Shown: positions 53,497 to 63,127 of the stretch, piece after piece
Layout: every line of letters starts with the position of its first letter
How positions within the stretch are numbered: the first letter of the stretch is position 1
Origin: a virus
Lineage: Duplodnaviria; Caudoviricetes
Reading direction: 5' to 3' (one strand)
IMG/VR virus record: IMGVR_UViG_3300028591_000141
Location: 1-64,000 of that record
DNA length: 64,000 nt
Translations under genes and position numbers: made by a program
The notes under the pieces: model-generated
Seen by the model: the letters and a program-made list of their open reading frames with translations, nothing else
Told to the model about the DNA's origin: nothing
Database searches by the model: none

Positions 53497-54675
53497 TCAG
53501 GCAGAAACGGCAGCGGACAGGACGCAGATACCGGCCGGGTACTTCGGCACGAACGCCATGCGCTCTTCAGCGATGACGGTCACGCGGTTGTACAGAGCGT
53601 CGTCTTCGTTCTGCTCGTAGACCTTAACGGTCGTGCCGCCCTTGCGAGCGATCTGGATGGACTGCTTGCCGGCGCCGACAATGACCTTGCCCTGGGTGAC
53701 ATTCGCGTTCTCGTAGATCGGGAGGCCCCAGATGCGGGCGGGCTGAGAATACTCGCCGTTGCCATAGGCATTCTGGAAGTAGCCGCCGCCGAGATACTGC
53801 TGATTGTTATCCTTGGCAGTCAGCAGCGCGTACAGATCCGCGGGGTTCATCAGGACGAAGTCAGCCGCGAAGGGCGTATTCTGCTTGATCAGCCTGGCAG
53901 CGTACAGGATACCTTCGGCCAGGTTCGCAGCGTCGCCGGTGTTGCCGCCGTCAGTGTAGTCGGCTGTCTGCTTGCCGGACAGGCTCAGCAGGGAGGACAC
54001 GATGCTCGCATTTTCCACGGCGTCCAGTTCGTAGAGAAGGTCATTCTCAACGACGGAGGTCAGGAAGGGAGCATCCTGCAGGATCTCATCGGATTCCTTC
54101 ACAAAGCCGGCGATCTTGCCCAGAGCCACAGTGTGAGGGGTGAAACCGGTGGACAGCTGCGGCTTCTTGGCGTTTTCACTCACAGCCGCGGGAGCGCCGG
54201 CGTCGGGCTTAACCCACGCGTCACGCGTGAAGTAGGTCAGGGCGTTGCCGGAAATGTTCAGGGCGCCGAACAGGTCAGCGATTTTCGGCCGGCGGGCCAT
54301 CTTGACGGGGTTCTTGTCGATATCAGCCAGCTGCACGCCGGTGATGGTGTCGGTATAGACGCGATCCTTGAAATTGATCTCAGCGGACGCGCTCCAGCCT
54401 TTGCTGTTCTTGTCAATGGCCTTGGCCTGCTCGATCAGGCTCTGCATGGGATCATTCATGTGTTTTTCCTCACTTTCTTCGGATTTGGATCCGATCCTTC
54501 CGAGAAGCTCGTTCGCTTTCTCGGCTTTTTCGATAGCGCCGGTCAGCTCATCGATGGCCGTCGCAAGTTCTTCGCCGGACTTGATGTCTTCCTCATTCCC
54601 GGCTTCGATACCGTCCTTCAGGGCGGCCAGGGCGGCTTTTTTCTCCGCCAGCTGCTCTTTAAGGCTCATAGTCAT
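53497..54675 (-). CDS. Major capsid protein, HK97 family
   Basis: Coiled-coil delta domain; 'VSENAKKP', 'SDEILQD', 'MNPAD', 'IWGLPI', 'AEER'. Confidence 0.93.
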   Translation of the reverse strand: MTMSLKEQLAEKKAALAALKDGIEAGNEEDIKSGEELATAIDELTGAIEKAEKANELLGRIGSKSEESEEKHMNDPMQSLIEQAKAIDKNSKGWSASAEINFKDRVYTDTITGVQLADIDKNPVKMARRPKIADLFGALNISGNALTYFTRDAWVKPDAGAPAAVSENAKKPQLSTGFTPHTVALGKIAGFVKESDEILQDAPFLTSVVENDLLYELDAVENASIVSSLLSLSGKQTADYTDGGNTGDAANLAEGILYAARLIKQNTPFAADFVLMNPADLYALLTAKDNNQQYLGGGYFQNAYGNGEYSQPARIWGLPIYENANVTQGKVIVGAGKQSIQIARKGGTTVKVYEQNEDDALYNRVTVIAEERMAFVPKYPAGICVLSAAVSA

Positions 54676-55364
54676 ACCTCCATAGTCTTGATCCGTTCCA
54701 GGAGCGCATCCTTCCGGGAATTGAGCACCTCGGGCTCCTCCGGGACTGCCGCCTCGTTGGCCTTTGACGCTTCCTCTTCCGTTTCGGACTCTTCCGGTTC
54801 GGGTTCTGTATCGTCAAGCTGACCAAGAACATCCCTGATCAGCGTGATCGCCTGCTCCAGCTTCTCAGCGTCAGCCTTGCTGTTCCGCCTGCCGGACTTG
54901 ATCTCAGTGACTTCCGCGCGGGGATTCGCCGGAATCGGCACGATGGAAACCTCGAACAGTTCCAGTTCGCGCAGCTCGTTCGCCTTTGTTCCGTCCTCCA
55001 GCTCCACCTGGGCGGCCTTTTTGACCTCATAGGCGAAGCTGAACTGGTAAACACACCCGGACAGGACCAGCGCCCGCTTTTCCTGGGCGAGAGGCGTATC
55101 AAAAAAGCTCGCTGTCATCAGCGGGCCTTTTTCGGTATCCTCAATGTTGTCCACTGTCCCGATGATCTGATCGAGATCGTGGTTCCAGCAGAGCGGGAAC
55201 GGGTGACCGGATTCCTTCCGAGCCTTCAGCGTTTCAGTAAACGCCCCTGGCGCGATCACATCGCCGTAACTGTCCGGGATCCTGTCGTATGTGCTGAAAT
55301 ATCCGGAGATCGTGCCGGCGTCCCCTGCTTTGACTTCTCCGTAACTCTTGAAAAGTCTGTCCAT
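54672..55364 (-). CDS. HK97-family prohead protease
   Basis: 'DSYGDVIAPGAF...CWNHD...FSFAY...FEVSIVPIPANP'. Confidence 0.92.
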   Translation of the reverse strand: MDRLFKSYGEVKAGDAGTISGYFSTYDRIPDSYGDVIAPGAFTETLKARKESGHPFPLCWNHDLDQIIGTVDNIEDTEKGPLMTASFFDTPLAQEKRALVLSGCVYQFSFAYEVKKAAQVELEDGTKANELRELELFEVSIVPIPANPRAEVTEIKSGRRNSKADAEKLEQAITLIRDVLGQLDDTEPEPEESETEEEASKANEAAVPEEPEVLNSRKDALLERIKTMEV

Positions 55365-55365
55365 G

Positions 55366-57327
55366 TTATCCCTCCTGTATTACAATTTCGGTCGAACAGT
55401 TGCAGTTGCAGGTCCCATCAGGCCCGAGGATGTCATCCCCCGGCCAGTCAGCGCCGTTTGAGAATCTGTCATCAATTCCGACCATCTCGCCGTCCATCAT
55501 CGCGTGCTCCGGGCGCGGATTGTCGCCGGTTACCCAAACCTTAGAAATTGTTTTCCTGAAGCCCTGGCGCTCAGACTGATGGCAAGCCTCCTGCGTGGCC
55601 CAGCTGGCCACCGCCGTCGCGACGGAGCGCCCGAGCATACTGGACTCCGTTTCTTCGCGTTTCTTCATGGCATCCGCCGGAGACTCACTGTCCTCATCAT
55701 CCGGATCGTAATTGTCCTGGACTTCCTGCAGCTTCTTTTTCGTCTTGTTGTTTGTCGCCTTTGCCCGTCCTTCAGCCATCGCCCGGATGAAAGCCACCGT
55801 GGCGTCCATATAGTAGTTGACGCCCAGGATGCCGGCAGTCTCTTCACCGTGCGCTCTGTTCACCACGTTCATGACCGGCTCAAGGTCATCCGCCAGTTCT
55901 TTGTTCCAGCGTTTTTCGTCGAACCAGTCCGGGTTGCCGGCGCCCAGTTTCGGCAGGATGCTGTTCCCCTGGCGCTTGAAAAACTTTTTCAGCACGTCAG
56001 CGATCAGTTCGTCTTCTTCCTTTGTGGAGCGTCCTTTGACACGGATCTCATAAGATTTGCACTCAGGGCACCCGCAAGCGGCAGAACGAATCGGCACCGG
56101 TTCTTCCGGGGTGGATTCCGTTGCCATTTCGTTTCCCGTGCTAAGGTTCAGCGGAACGATGATGTCGTCACCGCCATCGATCGGAGGCAGATTGTTGTCC
56201 GCTCTGGCCTCGTTCCGCGTCATCCACGGCCCCCCAACGGCTGCCTGCAGGATCGCGGCGCGTTCCTCGAAGGATCCCTTCAGTTTTTCCGTCAGGTCAA
56301 ACTCGACATACAGATCAGGATCCGCGCCGATCATCGGCAGCAAGAAAGAGTTAATCCGCTGCTGGATCATCTGCAGATCCGGCCCGAGGCACTCCGCATA
56401 CAGCGCGCGGCTGTTATCCTTGGCGCTCGCGTAGGTCTGTGTGTCCGTATGCCACACAAGGGAAGGATTGATCCTGTATGCAGCTGCCACGGCCTCCCTG
56501 GACAGCTTGATCGATTCAGCCCACTGCTGCTCTTTGAACGACGTTGAGAACGGTTTGATCTCCATGCCGTCCTCGAGCAGCGGAATTGATCCGGCTTTGC
56601 TTCCACCGGCGCCCCAGGCTTCACGGAACGCGGTTATCCAGCGCTTTTTCGTTTCCTCATCCCACGGCTGCACATCTTTCGGCCTGATAATCTGTGCATT
56701 CAGCCGCCCGGATGATTTCCACAGTTCCTTCCGGAACCGCCCAGCCTGGATCTGTTCTTCCAGCGTCTGCCGGAGTGCGGAAACCGGACTGACATACCCG
56801 CCCGGATTGCCAGGAGAATACGTGTTAAACCGCACGAACTCACTCGACGGGATCTCGATCTGGTTCCCGGACTGCGTCCGCACGGTGATGCTCTCGGGGC
56901 CGTATGCGTTTACCTTGTTCGTCTGTGTGACCCATTCCGTCGGAACGATCCGCAGCTGATACCCTGAGTCGCTTTCAGCGTCCGGAAGGACCCACACATA
57001 CACGCAACCAAACACGAAGTACTCCGTCGCGATCGCCCGGATGAATTCATACTCCGTCTGATCGCTGTTCGGGCGCCATAGTAAAAGCGCGGCCGTGCTT
57101 GTCCGGTCGCGCTCCCTGTCAGTTTCACCTTTTCGCCTGTAGACCTTCAGCGGCAGCTGAGCGATACTGTTCGCCAGGAAATTGACAACCGCTGACAGGT
57201 TGTCCTGGCTGTTGTAAAGCTGCCGCGCCGTATAATTCAAGACATTCGACGGCGCGTCAGGCCCCAGATATACCTGGTAGACATTCGGCTTAAACAATGT
57301 CCGCCAGCGTTCCACAATTCCAGGCAT
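55366..57327 (-). CDS. HK97-family portal fused to gpF/gp7-like minor head domain
   Basis: 'IAQLPLKVY...WMTRNEARA..NLPPIDGGD' followed by 'KVWVT...RPEH...FSNG..WPGD...NCNC'. Confidence 0.88.
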   Translation of the reverse strand: MPGIVERWRTLFKPNVYQVYLGPDAPSNVLNYTARQLYNSQDNLSAVVNFLANSIAQLPLKVYRRKGETDRERDRTSTAALLLWRPNSDQTEYEFIRAIATEYFVFGCVYVWVLPDAESDSGYQLRIVPTEWVTQTNKVNAYGPESITVRTQSGNQIEIPSSEFVRFNTYSPGNPGGYVSPVSALRQTLEEQIQAGRFRKELWKSSGRLNAQIIRPKDVQPWDEETKKRWITAFREAWGAGGSKAGSIPLLEDGMEIKPFSTSFKEQQWAESIKLSREAVAAAYRINPSLVWHTDTQTYASAKDNSRALYAECLGPDLQMIQQRINSFLLPMIGADPDLYVEFDLTEKLKGSFEERAAILQAAVGGPWMTRNEARADNNLPPIDGGDDIIVPLNLSTGNEMATESTPEEPVPIRSAACGCPECKSYEIRVKGRSTKEEDELIADVLKKFFKRQGNSILPKLGAGNPDWFDEKRWNKELADDLEPVMNVVNRAHGEETAGILGVNYYMDATVAFIRAMAEGRAKATNNKTKKKLQEVQDNYDPDDEDSESPADAMKKREETESSMLGRSVATAVASWATQEACHQSERQGFRKTISKVWVTGDNPRPEHAMMDGEMVGIDDRFSNGADWPGDDILGPDGTCNCNCSTEIVIQEG

Positions 57328-58409
57328 TATCTCGCCTCCACTTCCTCGACCAGCTCGGCCAGCCTGTAACCCGTCGGGTTATCTCCAAGCAGCTGCTGCA
57401 GCCGTTCATAGTTTACAATCCACTCTTCGCCCTCCGGAATAATCCGGTGCAGTTTCGCATCATAAATATGATGCTTGGCATAATTTTCAGTCGCGCGGAC
57501 ACGGTATCGCTTTCTCATGTGTTCCGCGTAATCTGATTTATCATCTGTCAGCAGTTTCGCCCACTTCGTCGGCCTTGGCGTCATTCGGAAGTTGAACGTG
57601 CCGGCCTTCTCGTAGATCTCGCGGACAGGGACGTTTTTCATGTCCAGCGGCAGCACAAAACCAACAGGATCCTGATCCCGCATTGACGGTATATCTGTCA
57701 CGATAACCGGCACTCCCAGACAAAGCGCTTCATAAACCGTGTATGCATACCCCTCATAGTCTGACAGCTGGACAAGGTAATCAGCATCCGCGATGAAGTC
57801 TGTGATATCATAGCGCGGTTCACGTTTAATAACGTTCGGGTTTTTGAACGGTATCGGCTGATTACTGAACACATCCCACCGGAACGGGATTCCCTCATCA
57901 TCCAGCATTCGAGCGAGCTTTTCCATCCGGCCCGCGCCCTTTTCCGGCGCTAACCGCGTTGCGCTGATCAGGCGGAGGACTCTCCTGGGTTCCTCAACAA
58001 TGATCGGATTATACAAAACATCCGTATGATGCCCGGTCAGTTTCTCAAACTTCGCCGCCGCCGACGGGCTGACAGCATAGTAATGTGTGCCTTCAGGCAT
58101 ATGCGGATCATCCAGCTTTGCCAGGTCATAATCCTGGTGGACAATGTAGTAATATTCATCCGCGTGAAAATACTCCGGGACCCCTGGGCACCAATTCATG
58201 AAAGCCCGCCTGCACTTGACTTCCTGATGATCCCATTTCACACACCGGACAAATTGTTTCAACCTCTCCAGCTGATGCTCGTCCGCTTCCCGGTACACAA
58301 TGACGAAATCCCTGGCAGAAAACATCCTGGCCAACGTATAAGCAAACGTTTCCACGCCGCCGATCCTGGTCAGGTGCCAGCAGAACATCGCATTACTGCA
58401 CTCGATCAT
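57327..58409 (-). CDS. GT-B fold (GT4-like) glycosyltransferase between terL and portal
   Basis: 'IGGVET', 'RL.PEKG', 'ADYLVQLSDYEGYAYTVYEALCLGVPVIVTD'. Confidence 0.85.
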   Translation of the reverse strand: MIECSNAMFCWHLTRIGGVETFAYTLARMFSARDFVIVYREADEHQLERLKQFVRCVKWDHQEVKCRRAFMNWCPGVPEYFHADEYYYIVHQDYDLAKLDDPHMPEGTHYYAVSPSAAAKFEKLTGHHTDVLYNPIIVEEPRRVLRLISATRLAPEKGAGRMEKLARMLDDEGIPFRWDVFSNQPIPFKNPNVIKREPRYDITDFIADADYLVQLSDYEGYAYTVYEALCLGVPVIVTDIPSMRDQDPVGFVLPLDMKNVPVREIYEKAGTFNFRMTPRPTKWAKLLTDDKSDYAEHMRKRYRVRATENYAKHHIYDAKLHRIIPEGEEWIVNYERLQQLLGDNPTGYRLAELVEEVEAR

Positions 58410-59917
58410 ACAAAAATAACCTCCGCGCCTCTTGCATAAACGCTTTCGTATAGTTTCTTCTGCGGGGCTTCAGCCTGTTTTGTCAGTCCTGAGAACGCCA
58501 TGATGCAGGCGAACAGAGGAGCGATATCGTCCGGGCTTTTCAGCCGGTCCGGCAGCTGGACGCCTCCGCCCATCTGCTTCAGCTGCATCGTGTGCCCGGG
58601 CGTATCCATCACCGGCTGCGGCAGGTGATAGATCCGTTTCCCGTCACGATCCGGAAGGCAGGCACAAACACCGTCATAAAAGCGGCCCCATCCGTTCGAC
58701 AGGTCCGTCCCTTCAATAGCGATCCGCTCCACGCCCGTGATCGTGCAGATCTGTTCGGCCAGTCCGCCGACCGGTGCGCCGCGGGACTGGAAAGCCAGCT
58801 TCATTTTCCCCTTCAGCGCACGCTGCCGGAACCAGTCAATCGCCCACTCCGTGCCGATCCTCCGGGCTACAAGCTCGACGTGCCAGTTGCCATCCTCGCG
58901 GAGGCCGCAAGCGCCGATCGACGTCCAGCGCCGGTCCTGTGACAGGTCGATTCCGTAGAAAACCGGCTCTTCCGGCGGGATGAATGACTCCGGATCCATG
59001 CCGGCATCCCACGCGCCATCTGGAAACGGCGGCGGAAGGATTGTTTCGACCATCTGACACATACATTCGGACCGGAATTTCGCTTCCGGAAAGGTCGCAC
59101 GGTTGGCAAGCAGCGCCCGCTCCGTCAGCAGGCCATACCCCATGGCGGGATTCGCCTGGGCCAGCGCGTTCAGGTCGTCCGTCGCAGCGCCTTCCGGCGC
59201 GGACCACTCAAACAGGCCGAGCGTGTTCGTGTCGACGTCGCCGCCGAGGTTCGCCTGCTGGCCGAGCGCCTGGGACCGCAGCTGCCGGAGGACGATGCTG
59301 TCCGGATCGCCAGCATTGCTGAAGCAGACCACAAGGCCATTCGGCTTCGCATTCGTGGACGCCGCCGCTGCGGACCATGTTTCCCAGTCACGGTGCTCGC
59401 GGATCTCGTCCAGCATGACAAAGTCGTTACTGTCACCGCGGCCGGCCCGGCGGGTGGGTGCGCCGACTTTATAGCGCCGGTTCTCCGTCAGCTCCAGGCT
59501 CTTCTTTCCGTTCGTCCGGCTGATCCGCGTGATGTCAGCAGACAACCCCGGGCACTCCTCCTGGTCGCGGATCACGGCCTCCCAGACTTCCTCAGCCTTT
59601 TCGAGGGAGAGGGACGTCCCGAAGATGTTCTCGACCATCATGACGTTAAGGAAGAAAGACGCCAGCACTTCAGAAAGCACTGTCTTACCGTTCTGCCGGG
59701 AGATCAGGAACATGATCGTCCGGAAGCGGAACTTCCAGTCAGCGCCCAGGGTGCCGGTGATCTCCAGCGCGTGGATCAGCGCCCACTCCTGCCACGGGTA
59801 CAAGGTCTTTTTCAGAACCGTCTTCGCGTACTCAATGCAGGCAAACCCGAGCGACGTTTCTTCCGTCAGCTCGCGGAGGGGCTTTGTGTATAATCGCGGC
59901 TCTGTCTTCCCATTCAT
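58406..59917 (-). CDS. terL: Terminase large subunit
   Basis: 'LYPWQ', 'ISRQNGKT', 'VMLDEIRE', 'SNAG', 'ANPAMG'. Confidence 0.92.
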   Translation of the reverse strand: MNGKTEPRLYTKPLRELTEETSLGFACIEYAKTVLKKTLYPWQEWALIHALEITGTLGADWKFRFRTIMFLISRQNGKTVLSEVLASFFLNVMMVENIFGTSLSLEKAEEVWEAVIRDQEECPGLSADITRISRTNGKKSLELTENRRYKVGAPTRRAGRGDSNDFVMLDEIREHRDWETWSAAAASTNAKPNGLVVCFSNAGDPDSIVLRQLRSQALGQQANLGGDVDTNTLGLFEWSAPEGAATDDLNALAQANPAMGYGLLTERALLANRATFPEAKFRSECMCQMVETILPPPFPDGAWDAGMDPESFIPPEEPVFYGIDLSQDRRWTSIGACGLREDGNWHVELVARRIGTEWAIDWFRQRALKGKMKLAFQSRGAPVGGLAEQICTITGVERIAIEGTDLSNGWGRFYDGVCACLPDRDGKRIYHLPQPVMDTPGHTMQLKQMGGGVQLPDRLKSPDDIAPLFACIMAFSGLTKQAEAPQKKLYESVYARGAEVIFV

Positions 59918-60192
59918 CTTGCTACCTTGAACCTCGCCCTCAGATCGCTGAGGTTCGTGACCTCTGTGTCCTCGGCGCCCGTCATGCTCTTCAGGGCAGC
60001 CAGCGTCTTCGTGTAGCAGGTCATCAGCTTCTCATAAGCCGGGAAGAACGGGTTCTCTCTGATTCCGCTCTGGCCTCCGCCGTGATCGTACTCGACTGTC
60101 ATCGGCTCGTCAGCCAGGCGCTCGCCCTCTGTCAGGATCTTGGCAGCCATAAGCTCCAGTTGATCCCGCAACAGCTTTTTCTCCTTTTCCAT
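59914..60192 (-). CDS. terS: Terminase small subunit (P27-like)
   Basis: 'YDHGGGQSGIRENP...YEKL...Y'. Confidence 0.8.
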   Translation of the reverse strand: MEKEKKLLRDQLELMAAKILTEGERLADEPMTVEYDHGGGQSGIRENPFFPAYEKLMTCYTKTLAALKSMTGAEDTEVTNLSDLRARFKVAR

Positions 60193-60282
60193 GGTTTACA
60201 CTCCTTTTGAGGGCCCGGAGGGGGAAAAGACTGCCGTCGGTTGGTCTCTTCCGTCAACAAAAGCGCCAAGATTTCTTGGCCC

Positions 60283-60570
60283 CTACCATATCCGACTACG
60301 CATTCCTATGGCGTTTTCGCCATTCGTCCCGTCCCCGCGAGCCCGGTTGCACTTCATGTGCGATGCTAAAATGTTGTTCAGATCCAGTTCCAGTTCAGGC
60401 GCTTTTGCTACCGGTACCAGGTGATCAGGCTCCCAGGAATCCGGAGCTGAAGATGGATCCAGGTGATAATTGATTTCCTGCCCGCAGATATGACAAACAG
60501 CCCGGGCCTTCCGATCACGGTCCCAAGCAAGCCGCCGAACCTGTGGCCACCTTCCTGATCTGCTACTCAA
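60283..60570 (-). CDS. HNH endonuclease (packaging-associated)
   Basis: 'CHICG...DHLVP...NILASHMKCN'; TTG start assumed. Confidence 0.85.
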   Translation of the reverse strand: MSSRSGRWPQVRRLAWDRDRKARAVCHICGQEINYHLDPSSAPDSWEPDHLVPVAKAPELELDLNNILASHMKCNRARGDGTNGENAIGMRSRIW

Positions 60571-60684
60571 TAGCGCCGCCCTCCCGCGCACGTTGTGGCG
60601 CTGTGCGCCCCTCTGCCGGAAGGAGCGAAACCGGCAGCACATCCAAGGAAACATGAATAAACATGAAGAAACATGAAGATACGA

Positions 60685-60759
60685 AAAAGCAGCCGGTTGT
60701 CTTCGGCTGCTTTTCCACGCTACTATTATACTGATAAGTTTACTGAAATTCACTGAAAT
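60685..60759 (-). promoter_or_regulatory. Late promoter with activator repeats, followed by terminator
   Basis: ATTTCAGT twice (60742-60759) upstream of TATAAT (60725-60730); hairpin AAAAGCAGCCG...CGGCTGCTTTT at 60685-60714. Confidence 0.6.
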
Positions 60760-60763
60760 AAAG

Positions 60764-61177
60764 TTATTTACGCACCTTTTCCGGATACTTCCTCGCCAGC
60801 TGATCCTCCGCCCTGCTCAGGTAGTAATAGACAGATCTGTCCGTCCGGCAGATTGCCTCTGCGATGTCTTCCGGGCTGTAGCACTCAATATAGCGGAGCC
60901 GCATCACCGCCCGGTCGTCCGGGTTGTCCAGGTTGTCGATCAGCGGATCCAGCTCTCGCTGCATTTGTTCCAGTTCTCCCAACGTTTCCCGGTACGCCGC
61001 TTTGACTTCATCGATCTTGATAGCGCCTTCTGCGACCTGATCATGCCCGGTTCCACCGTGCGGCATCCCTGTCAGCACCGACGTGATCTTCGTCGCCCTG
61101 GCCATTTCCTTTTCGACCTTCCACCGCGCCTTGATCGTGTAGCGCATCAGCTGGCGCATCCGGTAAAGGTTTACCAT
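60764..61177 (-). CDS. Late transcriptional activator (ArpU/RinA-like)
   Basis: 'LTGMPHG...RAVMRLRYI...EDIAEAI' sigma-r4-like HTH. Confidence 0.8.
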   Translation of the reverse strand: MVNLYRMRQLMRYTIKARWKVEKEMARATKITSVLTGMPHGGTGHDQVAEGAIKIDEVKAAYRETLGELEQMQRELDPLIDNLDNPDDRAVMRLRYIECYSPEDIAEAICRTDRSVYYYLSRAEDQLARKYPEKVRK

Positions 61178-61290
61178 GTAATCACCTCCGATTCATCCAA
61201 TAGCGTATAGCATACTCAAGCAAAATGTCAGGAAAGCGGCTATTCCAACCGCGATCCAGAAAAAATCGTCCTCCTCAGGCCATAGGCGTT

Positions 61291-61638
61291 TCATTCCTTC
61301 ACCTTCTTTTCCCCGTCAGCACAGAACCAATCCGGCGTAACAACAGTCCCGTTTCGTCCGCAGACATTTTCCTGTTCGGATGGTATCCTATTGTCTGCAA
61401 AATACCAGTGTTTGCAATCCTTGCAGCGGACAACCGGAACAGCATCAATGGTTGGGGAAATGTCTTCATCGAGGAAATAATCAATCGTGTCCCCAATATC
61501 ACAGGCACGGCACGGAGCTTCGCCTATTTCGTAGCAAAAGCGGATTTTCCCGTTCTTCATTCCCTTTCGTCTGTCACATTCTTTGCATCTAAACTCTCGC
61601 AAATATTTGATCGTTGCATCAGCATCAATCAACCTCAT
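61291..61638 (-). CDS. Modular small protein (MRLIDAD...DWFCADG), copy 2
   Basis: Near identical to 27748-28098. Confidence 0.7.
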   Translation of the reverse strand: MRLIDADATIKYLREFRCKECDRRKGMKNGKIRFCYEIGEAPCRACDIGDTIDYFLDEDISPTIDAVPVVRCKDCKHWYFADNRIPSEQENVCGRNGTVVTPDWFCADGEKKVKE

Positions 61639-61750
61639 TTCACTTCACCAACCTTTACTTTGTCCAGACTTGATGCCCTTGCACGTTCCTTTTGCAATAT
61701 CAAGCGCAAGCCTTAATTGCCGTATTTCAGCTTCTTGCTCTTTCAGCATG
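61308..61750. repeat. 443-bp direct repeat, copy 2
   Basis: Matches 27768-28210. Confidence 0.95.
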
Positions 61751-61872
61751 TCAAGGGCATCAGCATGAAGCAGAAAAATACACTTTGAAGAGTTGATGTC
61801 ATATTGGCATCCATCGCATGAACCACCTTCTTTACAATTCTCCAACCCTTTGATAACCTTCTCCCTGTCCAT
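61645..61872 (-). CDS. Modular small protein (MDREKVIKGL...LKEQE)
   Basis: Shared motifs with neighbours. Confidence 0.65.
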   Translation of the reverse strand: MDREKVIKGLENCKEGGSCDGCQYDINSSKCIFLLHADALDMLKEQEAEIRQLRLALDIAKGTCKGIKSGQSKGW

Positions 61873-61890
61873 TCACTTCACCGCCACTTC

Positions 61891-62046
61891 TCAATTCCAA
61901 TCGTCACAACTGTCATTGTCTTCCACAATATCCCCGTTTCGTAAAACACAACAAAGGTATGTATCGTGATATTGGTCTTCATCGACAAACGCATTTGCAC
62001 AGGTAAGGCAACAATGTTCTACATCGTTATGATTTGTTATCTTCAT
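61891..62046 (-). CDS. 51-aa Cys-rich protein (not in ORF track)
   Basis: MKITNHNDVEHCCLTC...SCDDWN. Confidence 0.45.
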   Translation of the reverse strand: MKITNHNDVEHCCLTCANAFVDEDQYHDTYLCCVLRNGDIVEDNDSCDDWN

Positions 62047-62093
62047 ACCCAAAAATACTCTCCTATTTTTTCGTTATTCGCTCCTTTATCGAA

Positions 62094-62237
62094 CTATCTT
62101 GTATTCTCAACAAGCGTTTTTTTTCCGCATTTACGGCACACCATAATTCCCCTTGAAAAACTGCCATAAAGTAGCGGACTTGCAGGAACATAATCATGCA
62201 AACATATAAATCGTCTGAAAATCGTTCGTAAATCCAT
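62094..62237 (-). CDS. 47-aa zinc-binding protein (not in ORF track)
   Basis: RBS AAGGAG; 'FICLHDY...CRKCGK'. Confidence 0.45.
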   Translation of the reverse strand: MDLRTIFRRFICLHDYVPASPLLYGSFSRGIMVCRKCGKKTLVENTR

Positions 62238-62261
62238 GTCACAATCCACTCCTTTTCTGAA

Positions 62262-62552
62262 TCAATCCCACTTCACAGGTCTGCCACAATCATCACAAAA
62301 CTTTTGCTTGTAATACAATTCTGTTTTGCACTCACACAGATAATTATCGAAACTCGCTCGTTCGCTGTGGTTCATGCGTTTCGGTTTTACAGGTTCCTGC
62401 TCTTTCAGCATGGCAAGGGCATCACGACACATTTTTCTCAAGCAATCAAACCCAAATTTATCTTCTATATACGGGCATTCTCCGCATATAAAAAAATCTT
62501 CGTCCTTTTCGCAACACTCCAACCCTTTGATAACCTTCTCCCTGTCAATCAT
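62262..62552 (-). CDS. Modular small protein (DREKVIKGL...LKEQE...FCxxCG)
   Basis: Shared motifs. Confidence 0.65.
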   Translation of the reverse strand: MIDREKVIKGLECCEKDEDFFICGECPYIEDKFGFDCLRKMCRDALAMLKEQEPVKPKRMNHSERASFDNYLCECKTELYYKQKFCDDCGRPVKWD

Positions 62553-62781
62553 CGTCCGTTCTCCTTTTCCCGTCTGCGCAGAACCAATCAGCATTTGGTT
62601 TGAATTTCAAGCAATGTTTTTCTCTCATGCTTTCGCAATAACCATCGTCCATGAAACCATAATGGTCAATCAAATACTTGCATTCCTTGCACCGGACTAA
62701 TTCTTTTGTTTCAAACGTTTTCGGACTACCATCCCATGCACGTTCTCCCGGTTCGTCAATGTTGACGATCATCGTTTTCAT
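62545..62781 (-). CDS. Modular small protein (...VRCKECK...DWFCADG)
   Basis: Shared motifs; start MKTMIV after GGTGAAGT. Confidence 0.65.
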   Translation of the reverse strand: MKTMIVNIDEPGERAWDGSPKTFETKELVRCKECKYLIDHYGFMDDGYCESMREKHCLKFKPNADWFCADGKRRTDDD

Positions 62782-62788
62782 TTTAACT

Positions 62789-63112
62789 TCACCGACCTTC
62801 CCATAGAACAGGCTTTCCGCATTGCCTACAAAACTTTGCATATTCTTTTGCTTTGTCTATTCCATCATAAATGTGATACATATATGCTCCACACGAACCG
62901 CAACACCAAACAAAAATACCTTTTTCATCTTGCTTGAATGATGGCTCAACCGCTTCTTGCTCTTTCAGCAGAGCAAAGATTTCTTCTGCTTTTGTTAGGC
63001 TTATAATCACTTCACTGAAAGATTCAGAGATTACTCTATTCCGCATACACGTTTCAAGATATTCAGCAAGGTTTTCAGCAACCTTTCTCTTCTCTGGAGC
63101 ATAATCATACAT
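62789..63112 (-). CDS. Modular small protein (...LKEQE...FCRQCG)
   Basis: Shared motifs. Confidence 0.65.
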   Translation of the reverse strand: MYDYAPEKRKVAENLAEYLETCMRNRVISESFSEVIISLTKAEEIFALLKEQEAVEPSFKQDEKGIFVWCCGSCGAYMYHIYDGIDKAKEYAKFCRQCGKPVLWEGR

Positions 63113-63127
63113 CCTACTTCACCTACC

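Larger units (their letters stand above)
27768..61307. mobile_element. Phage B: apparently complete, circularly permuted temperate siphovirus genome (33,540 bp)
   Basis: One each of integrase, attP-like site, repressor/cro, replication, late activator, HNH, TerS/TerL, portal, head, tail, lysis between the two direct repeats. Confidence 0.8.

Noticed and set aside
53458-54822. Long plus-strand ORFs opposite structural genes (also 4686-5693, 8642-9619, 30061-31194, 48450-49712 and others)
   Set aside because: Antisense shadows of codon-biased minus-strand genes; no recognisable motifs
60193-60282. Exact cos site of phage B
   Set aside because: Position between HNH and terS is typical, but no cohesive-end sequence can be assigned from sequence alone
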